Below are positions 38,496 through 50,689 of a DNA stretch of 64,000 nt, piece after piece. A program made the translations under genes and the position numbers. The notes under the pieces are model-generated. The model was given only the letters and a program-made list of their open reading frames with translations, ran no database searches and was not told the DNA's origin. The DNA is from Sphagnum compactum (lineage: Eukaryota), in contig OZ234493.1 in NCBI GenBank assembly GCA_965153455.1, positions 4,216,001 through 4,280,000 on the forward strand, written 5' to 3'. Position 1 is the stretch's first letter, and each line of letters begins with the position of its first letter.

Positions 38496-41400
38496 GAAGC
38501 AAAGGTACTCATCAGATCATCATCAACACTCAAACACAATTGCCAGGTCTCCTCAGCCATGACTGGAAATGTGCAGGCTGTGCAGATCAAATCAGATCTC
38601 CTCATACTCATCTCCCCCCCTGTAGGCTGGTTGCTGCTTCTTTACTCTCCAAGCTGGGCACAATCTTGTCATCACCAGTTGTCCCATGAGGAAGGGAAGG
38701 TGGCTAGGCAAGAAACACTTTTTCATTGGGTTCCCATTCCCTAGCTAACCATGATAGTTATTATTAGCTCAGGTTGTGGTTTTCAGTACCTACCTATTAA
38801 CAACCTTCAACTAGTCTTTAGTCCTTACCTATGTGCTAACATGCATGTGCCTATCTATCTACATGCATCTACTTACTTAGTAGCCACCTACCTACCACCC
38901 ACCTACTTACTTAGTTTATCAAATTTTTAAATAATAATTTGTCGATGGAAAAAATTTACAAGACATCTATACAAGATAAAAGTTTCATAAGTTTATTTAA
39001 GTTTGTTCTCAAAGCAAATTGAATTCTTTTATACAAAGGTGAGAATCGGCACATCTACCTTAGTTCTCAAGAATTGTTTGAGGTAATGCTATTGTTGTTA
39101 CATGCTTTCAAGAAGAATACGATTGTGATTGCAAGTGTAAGTTCATCATGTTTGTTATAGCATGAGAGTGTCTCCACCCATGGCACAAAATGGCCCATAT
39201 ATTATATTTCAAATCAAATATTACTATCAAATATTGTGAAACTCACTTTGAGCTTGTAAATATGTCTAGGATATAGTGCCCTTCAAGAGGGCCAATAAAA
39301 GAAAATGATCTTAATTTTTATAAATTCATGTTGGATTTTGTGGGTGTCAAAAGACATTATTAGAAAAATGGTTGGTTTTGGGTCGTTGGTCATCATGAAT
39401 AATCACAATTGACTACTACTATTGATTGGCCCACTTGTAACATTTTAAATGTTCCCTCAATGTATATTGTTCAATATTTATTGCTTATTAATAGGGAAGG
39501 GGCAAACATTTAATATTAAATTTGGATGTGGTGAATAATGATATTGTTCAAAATATAATGCATTTTTGTCCAACATCTATTGTTTATTAGTAGGAGAGAC
39601 AAATATATGACAAAATTTGGATGTGATAAATAAATAGTGATATTGCCAAAATACAATGCATTGTTAAAATTGCTTTTAAAAAGTGCATGTATTTCTATCA
39701 TTTGTATGGATGTAGATGATTAAGTAATTAGGTGAATCCTATTAGATTTTTTGTACACACATAATAAACATTGGTGTGGCATGTGCCATTGAACACATAT
39801 TGTAATATTGAATTGTACACTTGATTGTTTAAAATCGACTTTGTAATAAAATTTTATAATTTTAGAATTTTTGAAGATAAAAATTACTCAAATTTCAGTA
39901 ATTTTCACACCTTAGTTCTAAAAGTTGCAAAATCACCTTCATAAAAGCCTATTCAATGGGGGCTTTCCAAAAACACCAAGAATGCACCCCAATTTCACTA
40001 ACTTTTTTAGTTTTGATTTGATTGAACTCTTAATGATAAATACAGGGTTTAGAAATTTCCAATTTTTTTTTGGTTGCCAAAATGCAGAATTTTTTCCAAA
40101 AAATGCTGCATAGAATATTCAAAATAAAATAATTATTCATTGTTGAAATGTTAAAATTTATATATGAAGAAAGGAAGATAGTTTGTTTGTTTGTCATGTT
40201 GAAATCTCCCAAATCATCCCAAATCGTGCCATGTTGTCTTCCCACACTCTTGGTATTGTTGGAAAGCCCTTGATGAGAATAATGGGTGCATCTCATAATG
40301 TTTCTCATAATGTTTTCACCTATGATGGTGGACGAGTCATTGAATATTGAACTTCTTTTCACTAAAAATTCATTGAAATGAAAACTAGAAATTATAAGGG
40401 AAACGTGAGCGCACTCTTGGGTATTTTTGGAAAGCTCCCAAGTGACTAGGATTTAATGAAGTCGATTAAAAAATTTGTCCATCTGAGATGCGAGAGATAT
40501 TTTAACTTTAAGTATTTTTTTTGTCATTGAAAATTCAATTAAAATTACACAAGATAATTTCGAAAATAAAATTTAGTTGGGTACCCAACTAATTCAGTTA
40601 GGGTTAGGGTTTTTGTTTTTTTTCCTTTGATGGGGAACTTCATGCAACATTTCTTATTTTAAACCGTCGTTGCTGGTTTGAACCAATGTTGTGGAGTTAT
40701 TTGATTTTTAGTCCTGTAAATTTTTCAGAACCAAAGAATCACCCATTCTGGTTTTTTGAGAAAGCAATCAAAATTAAAGAATCACCCGTGATGGGTATTT
40801 CAGAAACGTCAAAGAATCCAGAGTTTTCATAAAAGAACCGACAAAGAACCCGATGGTTAGAAAGGTGGGTCTTGCTTACAAATCGCTTACAATATGGAAG
40901 TTTGTTGAGAATAGGGATCTGAAAAAGCAAGCACACAACAACAATGAATGTAGGCAAGTTGATTGTGTGGTCATTGAACAATTTGTTCAGTGTTTTTTGT
41001 AAAAGTATTCTTTAGACAAGTGTTTAAACTTGATGGCTAGGGTTTAGGGTTTTAGGGTTTAAGGCTTCAGTTGGCAGCTACAAAACAAATGTCTTAAAAA
41101 TCTACCCACAAACTTTGCTGTTGTACCAGAGTTATACATGAAAAGCAGTGTTACAATACTCATTGCAATTTGAGTTTCCGACACAAAAAACTGTTAAGAT
41201 GTCATCCTTTATGTTGAGGATGCTTGCAAGTGGCCTTATACGATGCTCGAGGTTGTTCAAGTGGCTACACTCACATGCCTGAACCATTTTTACAGGTAGA
41301 GTTATACACAGAAAAGTAATGTATCATCATATGACAATTTTTTTTTTTTCTCATAAAGGGTTAATGAAATTGTCATTTGCATCATTACAATAAAAGGGGC

Positions 41401-41974
41401 TTATGACACATGTCAAGTAGACTTTGTAATTTCAATTCATTAATATGTAAAATATGTTGTGTTCATTGTGACATATAGTACATCAATATTACAATTTGAC
41501 TTTAAATTTGTGGCACATATTAGTTTGATATTAGTTTGTAACACATGTTACATGAATATCAAATTGTGATATTAGTGTAATGATCATGATTTTGCTTCAA
41601 AAACACTCCCAATTTTTAAGTGTAAAATTATTGTAATTTTTTGCTTTAGAAACACCCTCAAATTTGAGGTGAAATGGTGGGCAGACCCATTTCATGAAAT
41701 AAGAAATAATTTCAACCTTTCAACATTAAAAAAAACAACCCAAAACATTGTAATGCAGCAAAAGATCTAGAAGCAGAAGAAGAAAAAGAATTAGAGAAAG
41801 AAGAGGCCAAAAACAAAATCTTCATCGATATTTTGGCTTGTGTTGAAACTTGAGATTAGTTACAGAGTTATAATAGAGTTATCCGTAAAGTAACCCTGTC
41901 TTTACCCTATCTTTGGGCCTCCTTTCACCCCCTATCCCCCTCTTTCAGTGATATCTGCAAAGTAAAGACATTGT

Positions 41975-42900
41975 AATGCACAAGGTTCGAGAGTAATTAT
42001 AGTAGTTCTACAATTAGGAGCAGTGAAAATGTAATGTAGCAGCAGTGAAGGCGCTCAGGAAAAAGGAAAGACAGGATGAAACTGAGTTTACCACCGAAAT
42101 GGATGGTTTTCTGAGTTTCATCCCCCGTAAAATGCTAATGTGCTTTTTTGCAGACATTTTAATGCACAAGGTTCGAGAGTAATTATAGTAGTTGTACAAT
42201 TAGGAGCAGTGAAAATGTAATGTAGCAGCAGTGGAGGCGCTCAGGAAAAAGGAAAGACAGGATGAAACTGAGTTTACCACCGAAATGGATGGTTTTCTGA
42301 GTTTCATCCCCCGTTAAAATGCTAGTGTGCTTTTTTGCAGGCATTTTAATGCACAAGGTTCGAGAGTAATTATAGTAGTTGTACAATTAGGAGCAGTGAA
42401 AATGTAATGTAGCAGCAGTGGAGGCGCTCAGGAAAAAGGAAAGACAGGATGAAACTCAATTTACCACCAAAATGGATGGTTTTCTGAGTTTCATCCCCCG
42501 TAAAATGCTAATGTGCTTTTTTGCAGACATTTTAATGCACAAGGTTCGAGAGTAATTATAGTAGTTGTACAATTAGGAGCAGTGAAAATGTATGTAGCAG
42601 CAGTGGAGGCGCTCAGGAAAAAGGAAAGACAGGATGAAACTCAATTTACCACCAAAATTGATGGTTTTCTGAGTTTCATCCCCCGTTAAAATGCTAATGT
42701 GCTTTTTTGCAGACATTTTATTGCACAAGGTTCGAGAGTAATTATAGTAGTTGTACAATTAGGAGCAGTGAAAATGTAATGTAAGCAGCAGTGGAGGCGC
42801 TCAGGAAAAAGGAAAGACAGGGATGAAACTGAGTTTACCACCGAAATGGATGGTTTTCTGAGTTTCATCCCCCGTTAAATGCTATTGTACTTTTTTGCAG
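41975..42900. repeat. Tandem array of five ~186-bp units with an internal hairpin
   Basis: gcacaaggttcgagagtaattatagtagtt recurs at ~41978, 42164, 42351, 42536 and 42723. Units differ by only a few bases. Each has a GGATGAAACT...AGTTTCATCC inverted repeat. Confidence 0.96.
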
Positions 42901-43492
42901 GTGTTTTTTTGAATCTCACCCTGTGTATGACCAAACTCAGGGTTCTGGTGCTGCTCAGTCAGCAAAGCAGAGAAGAAAGAGAAGGAAGAATCCCAAGCCA
43001 ACTGTTGTGTTGCACGACACATTTGACTTACTTCCCATCTTCTCTTTCTCTCTTATAATTTCATTCTTGAGAAGGGTACACAAAATCTTATTATTTCCCT
43101 GCATTGCAGATCTCGTACAGCAAGCAGAGGAAGAACAACAAGAAGCTGCAGCATTGTCTTTTTTAAAAAAATTTAAAAGAAATTTGTTGCACTTTGCAGC
43201 TTGATATATTTTACCTAAACTTTCTGTTTCTAGTGTTGTCTGGTTGTTGGGTTTTTTGTTTTCTTTGGTTTTCCTGCTCTTGGGATATGTCCAGCAATGG
43301 AATAGTAGTGAGAATCAATTGTGACACACAAAGATAACAACGCTTGGTTTGAGAATTTTCCAAAAGGATCTTCGGTCTGTGAAAGATCTTGGAAGAAGAA
43401 GTGAGTCTGCTGCAATCAAAACTTAGTGCACCTCTCATCTCCTTGTTTTCTCCACTGCAGAACTTGTGGTTTGAGGTTGTGGGTTTTTAGGT

Positions 43493-43521
43493 GTGAGAGA
43501 GCGAGAGAGAGAGAGAGAGAG

Positions 43522-43563
<42 letters not shown>

Positions 43564-43732
43564 GTCAGAGAACCAACTTTTCAGTGATGGGTTTGTGAGA
43601 AAACATCGGCACCTCTTCCTTCTTCTTGTTTCTGTAGTCTGCCATTTTGTGGTTTTGTGTTTCAGCAGAGGAGAGGAGCGCACATTGAATGAACTAGCAA
43701 GGAGGCGAGAGAGAGAGAGAGAGAGAGAGAGA
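43493..43732. repeat. (GA)n/(GT)n microsatellites in the LDH 5' region
   Basis: Directly visible dinucleotide runs. Confidence 0.9.
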
Positions 43733-43943
43733 GTCTGGTTTTGCAACTGAGCTAGCCAGCTGTTGTGAGGGACGTGATCCGGCATTGTTGTAGAAACTTT
43801 TGCAGATTTTGGGTTTTTTTTCAGTGAAACGGAGGCTGAAGTTTTTTGAAAGAAATTCCGGTCTCTTTGTTATACTAATCTCCCCTCTCTCCTGTTGCTT
43901 CCATTTTCCTACTTCAAATACCCATCAGGAGGTGACCCACGAA

Positions 43944-45859
43944 ATGGCCGCTACAGAGACATATCCAAAGATTGTTTTTGACTGGAGGTCAGAGACAGCG
44001 GAACATGCTCCAGAATCAGCGCCCAAAGTGGCCTTGGACATCAAACAGGCTCTGTTCCAACCACTTTCTGGAGCATGTCCCTCACGCACAGCAACCAAAA
44101 TTTCCAAGATCACAGTGGTGGGAGTAGGTAATGTGGGCATGGCTTGTGCACAGACAATCTTGACCCAAAACCTGGCTGATGAGCTTGCTTTGGTGGATGT
44201 TGACCCGGAGAAGTTGCGCGGAGAGATGCTTGATCTTCAACATGCTGCTGCATTTCTTCCCAGAGCTAAAATCATTGCCAACACTGATTACAAAGTCTCT
44301 GAAGGATCTGATATCTGTATTGTCTCTGCGGGAGCGAGGCAAAGGGTTGGTGAATCCCGGCTTGCATTGGTGCAGAGGAATGTTGCCATTTTCAAGAGCA
44401 TTATTCCACAGCTTGTCAAATACAGTCCTGCTGCAATTCTGTTGATCATTTCCAACCCGGTCGATGCACTGACCTACGTTGCTTGGAAGCTTTCAGGGTT
44501 TCCCTCGAATAGGGTTTTTGGGTCTGGAACCAATCTTGATTCTTCAAGGTTTCGAGGTCTCTTGGCTGATCGCTTGGATGTGAGTGCTCATAATGTCCAT
44601 GGCTATGTGATTGGTGAGCATGGAGATAGTTCTGTCCCGGTCTGGTCCACTGTTAATATTGGTGGAGTGCCTATCATTGAATTCTTGAAGAGCATGGGCA
44701 TTCCTTACAGCCAGAGCACACTCGATGAACTCCACAAGTATGTGAACAAACAACCCCTTCATCCTTTTGCAAATCATTTGCCTCCTTTGTTCCCATCTTT
44801 GTGCCATAGATTCTTCTGCTTCCTGTGATACTGAACCCTAAAGCTGTGAACATAGATAGAGATATAGTCTCACTCACATTCTTCTCTGTCTTGCTTTTCA
44901 TTGTAATCTGTTCACAGCTCCAACTGGGCTTTGAACCTTAGATCCTGTCTTATCTTGGTGTTCCTGTGACCTACTCAAAATGTTATCAACGTTTGGTTGT
45001 AGGTTTTTAACAATTGTTTTTCCTGCCTGTAGCAAGCAACTTATGACTTTCTTTCTCCTGTCGTATGATAAAAGAGGAACAATTGCACACACACATTGGT
45101 TTTGATCTTTATTGTGTTGTGAGTGTTCTTGTCTCTAGGTTCTTGCAGACCTTTTTCTTTTCAGCAGTCCTACAGGCTGAGATTTACTCATCAGCTTGGG
45201 GATCAGGCTTTTGGGTTTTGTCTCAACAGAAAAACCCTAACACAAAAGAGTACATCGCTGTTTTTGTTAAAAATTTTAGATGGATGTTGTGCCCCAACCC
45301 CCCCAATGTTTAGGAGAACCTAGAAGTGCTAGTGTTCCCACTTTTGTGTAATCTGCTTCCAGTGAAATTCTCAACATGCAAATGTGCTGTATTTGAATGG
45401 AGGTTCTCAATGTGTGTAATCTGCTTCCAGTGAAATCCTCAACATGCAAATGTGCTGTATTTGAATGGAGGTTCTCAATGTGTTCATTCTCAACATGGCT
45501 GCAGGATGGTGATAGGTGGGGCATATGAGGTGATAAAACTGAAGGGTTACACATCATGGGCCATTGGGTACTCAGTAGCAAGCCTCGTGAATAGCTTGCT
45601 AAGGGACCAGCGATGCATCCATCCTGTATCAGTATGTGCCAAGGGGTTCCATGGTATCGAGGAGGAGGTCTACTTGAGCTTGCCAGCACAGCTTGGATAC
45701 ACTGGTGTCATGGGTGTGCTCAATCTCCCTCTCACCGATGAAGAACGTGAAAAGCTCCAGCAATCTGCTAAAACACTTGCTGAAGTTCAGGCTGAGCTAG
45801 ATATCCAAGTTCCTAATGAAGGAGTGATTAAGTATGCTTCTGCCTGTGCTGGGATGTAG
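43944..45859 (+). CDS. LDH: L-lactate dehydrogenase, 2 exons (43944-44737, 45505-45859)
   Basis: VVGVGNVG Rossmann motif, [18 protein letters not shown] (Gln specificity residue of LDH), [39 protein letters not shown]. Phase-2 GT-AG intron. Confidence 0.97.
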
Positions 45860-46565
45860 AGTTGATGAGACAGACTGCTTGGGGGGGGGGAGATCCGAGC
45901 AGAAACATTGCAGAACCTTTCAAATTTTGCATACTTGGATCAGACACTCAAGAGTCTAACCTAAAATATCAATTTTGAGGCCTGCAAAAGGATAAGAGCA
46001 TCAGGATTCTGAAATCAAATTTTCTGCATGTTAGGCACTTTTTGTTTTTTGCAAGATCTGCGGTGCCAGGGTTAATAGGTTGAAAGCTTATAGTATAGGT
46101 AACTGACAAATCTGACAGTGGGAATGGTAGTTTAAAACTGAGTTTCACAAAACAGAAGCAGCATCTTAGGGAATTCATCTCTTTTTGTCTCTTGAACAAT
46201 CTAATATAAAGTGCTTTGCTCAGATACAATTTCTCCTTCCATTTGGTTTTCATTTCTTGCTGTTCCATACCCAAAACTGAAATTATCTCAACATGTGCAT
46301 TTCCTTCTTCAAAACATAGAAAATCTGACCTTCATATAGCGGTCGGAGTGATGATTCTCAATATCTATTTCTTTTCTCATCTCTTCTCCATGTACTCAGC
46401 TCTCCGTGTCTTTTTCCCACTTCCCTAAGACTTCTCAATGCTGACCCATGTTCTGACCCTACAAGCCCCTACACTTGATCTTTTTCCCACTTCCTAAGAC
46501 TTCTCAATGCTGACCCATGTTCTGGCCCTACAAGCCCCTACACTTGATCTCGATGAAAAGAATGT

Positions 46566-49219
46566 CTATCCTGCTGTCTGCTTCTTCTCCCTTGCGTCCT
46601 CAATTGCCTGCTTGATTCGTTCAGCATGACCCAGTTTGATTTGCAGCCGGTGCTTGGTCTGCAGTTGATCAATCAAAGCTGCAATATCTTTTGTGTTGAT
46701 AAGTGTGTTTTCATCCATATCTTCCTGCAGCATGGCTTCAATTATGACGCCTGGGATGTTGTACCTTGCAAAGAGAGCCATCAATGAAGGGGCATTCACA
46801 TTTCGTCGTTCAAAGTCCTTCAGAGCTCTTTTCCTCTTCCCCCTTGCAAGAATTGGAGAAAGCTTGGGGAGGGTTTGTGAGGTCTGGTCACCCTCTCCAC
46901 CACCAGCAGATGCCTCCAGGTAGTACATCCTCTCACCTTCTTGCATGGATGAATGGACAGCTCCTGGTTGCCCAACAATCTCTAACGCTAATCCAGGCGA
47001 GTCCATTCCTCCTCTTCCTCCGAGGCCCACTACTCCCCCCCGCATGAGCCTTGGATTTGAACCTATGAGCTCCTCCATCATGTCAAAGAATGGCCACTTT
47101 GAGAAGGTGCATCCAGAAACCCGTTGCTTCTCCCTCTCCACTTTATAGCGTTTCTTCAAATTGTCAACCTTCATCCAAGAGCCAGCAAATTGTTTCACAG
47201 AGGTGCACAAGACCTGTGTAGTATAAACCCTCACCCTAGCCGTATGTACAAATGTCTTATTCTGTAAGTAAGCTGAGATGGATAGGCACTCAGCAGCAAT
47301 ACTAATATTGCACCATCATTTAAAGTATGCATGTGTGCCCAGATAAGACAACAGACTGTCTGCAAAGTCAGGGAAGCAGATTAGCTGACCTTGATCCGGC
47401 ATTGCTCCCGGGTTTTCGGAGGTCCCTCCACAAGACTGCCACCATCCAAACCCTGGCCACAGGAGGAAGATTCACAAAACACTTTCAAACAAAAGTGCTT
47501 CACTACGCAAGAGCATCATCATCAGGCAAGCTATATCTATAAAAATCATGGTCAACAAGAGCTCGATGATGATGATGAGTGAACTGTGTGACCTGCTGCT
47601 CTGAGAAGACAGGCTTCAGTATGATGACCCAAGTACTGAAATCCAGTGACAACCAAACATTGCTAACACACAAAAATATTAAGTCCTTCCAGCATCAACT
47701 CTGCCTCAAGCATCCCTTGCTATGTGTCTTGCAAATTGTTCCATGACTCTGCTGACTTGGATGGATTTTATGTTGATTGCCAGCAATCCATCAGTAAAAG
47801 AGACACAAGGAAAGAAGAATCATCACAGATGAAGACTTAAAAAACCCAAGAAGCCCATGAATCCATTATATAGATACATGCATGTTCATTCATCTTGTCC
47901 AATTCGTTTATGATGATAACACAATTGGCTCTTTCAATCTTTCATGTGAGGAAGGGCATCATCTGCCATTCTTGCTTCGCTCTCAGCAAACAACCCACGC
48001 ACCCAGGTGTCTTCTCTATCTCTTGTTTGTTGCACACATGGAAACTGTCCACAACCACCGCAATGGATAATTCTTTCAAACTATTCATGACTGACTGACT
48101 CTTTGCCAAGACTGGCAGGTACCCAAATCCTCGGGTAGCGGCGCACTTCCAAAACCCTCAAAGCTCATGTGCTCAAATGCATGCACATGAACTTTGTTCT
48201 CCCTTATGAATTCTGTTTTCTCCCCAGTAAGCAGCAAGCAGCAGCAGAAGAAGAAGAAGATGATGAAGAAGAAGACCTTCTTGGCACAAGTGCAAAGGGT
48301 TTGACACTTTCTACTGCTATTGTCTTTGAAGAAAACCTCTTGTATTCATCCACAAACCAAAAGAAAAAAAAAAAAAAGCAGCCTGGAACTTCTTCTTCCA
48401 TACCGTGGAGGTGATTTCGTGAGCGTTTACACGCGCCGCGATGTCGGCCCAAATCTTGCTTGTAAAATTGCCGCGATCCAGAGCTCGGTACTTGTCGCCG
48501 AAAGCTTGCAACAGCACCGTAGTGGCCCCTTGGCTCCATTCGATCGCCGGCTCCCTGGATGTCCTCCCTCGTCCAGATTTCCCACCACCACCACCACCGC
48601 TACTAGTGTCAGGATGATGCGGACTTTGCTGCACAATCCCAATGTCCCCGTCGAATGTGGGCGGCGGCCCCTCCCGACCAGTGATACTCTCTCCAAGGTT
48701 GTTGCCAGAATCAAGCCTAAGCATCACACTCCCAAGCTCCCCGAGCTTCGGCTCTTCATCTTCTTCTTCGTCCTCATGTTGCCTGTGCTGTTGCCCACTC
48801 CTCACGCCATACACATCGTCGCCGTTGTGGTGGTGGTGATTCTCCTCCTCCTCCTCACCATTAGTGGCAGCAATCTGCTGCCCTGGATGGTGGTGGTTCT
48901 CATACCCATGCTGCTGCAGCAACTGCAGTTTGTGGGCATTTCTACTAAGAAGCTGATGCACCCCACCATGGTCTCCTCCTCCTCCTCCTCTTCCACCTTC
49001 TTCTTCTTCTACTTCCTCCTCACCTTCATCCTCCTCCTCATCGACGATCACCTTCTGGCCATACAAGACCCGGTTGGTGCCGATGTTATCCTCCAACAAG
49101 CGCGGCACAATCTCGGGACCCATTTCCATCCTACCCACCACCACGTGCTGCTCGTCGGAGGAGCTTCCATCCAGAGTCTCGACAACGGGGTGCTGCATCA
49201 TCATCAGCATCATCCGCAT
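46566..49219 (-). CDS. Trihelix (Myb/SANT-like, SIP1/ASIL-type) transcription factor with acidic His/Gln-rich N-terminus and SAM-like C-terminus; 3 exons (49219-48404, 47425-47390, 47168-46566)
   Basis: EWSQGATTVLLQAFGDKYRALDRGNFTSKIWADIAARVN | GPPKTREQCRIK | VDNLKKRYKVERE...KWPFFDMMEELIG splices in frame. Confidence 0.9.
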
Positions 49220-49874
49220 CGATGTGCAAAACTCTTCCCCACAAAAACCAAACCCGGAAGGAAAAGAAAAACAGAAAATCTCTCGTCGGCGTCGTCGTCT
49301 TCGTCGTCGTCCCCGCTCCTTCTTTCTGTCCCTCTTCTGTCCGCAACCCAATGCCTCCCCAGCACGAGATGCGGTAAGTACGTAAGCAAAGGTGCCCTCC
49401 GTCGCCCGCCCCACCACTCTTTCTGTCCTGTCACCGGGCCGCTTGTGTCGTTCTCTGCTTCTGTCGTGTCTCTCTCTCTCTCGCCAACTGCATCATCCAC
49501 TTCCCGTCATCAAAATCGCCATCATCTTCTTCTTTCTCCTGATTCGGCGTCACCTGCTTTTGTTGGATTCTTGCTTTGCGAGTCTGTGGTCTGTGATCTG
49601 CTCATGCAGCAGCAGTTCAGGGTGTCAGGCAAAACCTGAAATTTTTTTCTCAACTACATTCCCCTGCAAACACACCACACACACACACACAGATTGTTGC
49701 GGGATTTGCACACTGGAGCTGACATTATTGAGCCGTGAGAGACTCAACCTCTGGACCAGGTGGAACTGGGTCTGGGGCATCACTGTAAGCTCGCTTTTGT
49801 CCTTTCTTTCCGCTTCCCAAAATGGGATCTCTCTTCTTGTGTGAACACCTGGGTAATTGGTTTTCTCATTGCAG

Positions 49875-50474
49875 AAATCAGCCTCCAGAATCTGAATGTC
49901 TACATAATAGAGTACCAATTTTTACAAGTGATGGGTAATCCTGATTGGAACGAGCTCATGCACCCACCCCTTGTGTCCGTCTGTCCTTCTTAGCATAGCA
50001 GCAAGAAACACACCCATTGTCAAACAGATGATCACATTTGCAAAGCTCAGACCTTGCAAAATGGGACCCTCATCTCGACAACTTGAAAAGATTGAAGATG
50101 ATATGTATGTTGTTGTGCTCGCACTTCCAGCTATGCTTGAGCTGCAGAATCTTACAAAATGATTTTGGGATATCAGGGTGGGGCTGCGAAGTGTGGAGGA
50201 GGAGGTAGCAAGGGGGACAGAAAGGGTGATGATGGCAAGAATTAATGGCAGTGTTGCTACTGTTTTTGCTGGTGGTAATCCATCACAATCTTCACTCACT
50301 GCTATTGCAAAGGGTTGGCAAGTGTCAGCAGCTGCTGCTTCTTTCCTGGGTTTGCCTTTCTTTTTCAGTTCCCTTCTGTCGTCTGCCATATGGCTTCCAG
50401 CTCTCCACACAGACCCTATTGAGATGACTCCAATGCACTGTGGGCGTGTTTCCAAGTGTGTTGATTGCTGGTGA
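49875..50474 (+). pseudogene. Unidentified decayed coding fragment
   Basis: ORFs 49971..50162 and 50178..50474 are in the same frame, separated by one TGA. Protein-like composition but the family is not recognised, and the strand is uncertain (an open antisense frame 49922..50455 exists). Confidence 0.3.
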
Positions 50475-50689
50475 ATTCAGATGTTCAAATGTGTCCTGTG
50501 CCCAGTTCAATAATTCAAGTCTGCATGAGGTATTTATTCCCAATTTGATTTTGTTTCACATCATCAATCAATTTTGTTTGTTGTTTTCTTCTGTAAAAAA
50601 GTTGCAATTTTGCAATCCCAATAGATTGCAATAACAATGATGATAACAGAGATGGGTGATGTTTGAACATCACCTTTTTGTTGTCACAG

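Noticed and set aside
41975-42900. CRISPR array or hammerhead retrozyme interpretation of the tandem array
   Set aside because: Whole units repeat with no unique spacers, the context is eukaryotic, and no CUGANGA...GAAA hammerhead core was found on either strand.
45345-46550. ~68-bp tandem duplications in the LDH intron (45345-45483) and between the LDH and trihelix 3' ends (~46410-46550)
   Set aside because: Ordinary slippage duplications with no evident consequence.
48320-49639. 439-aa plus-strand ORF
   Set aside because: Antisense shadow of the low-complexity trihelix exon 1.
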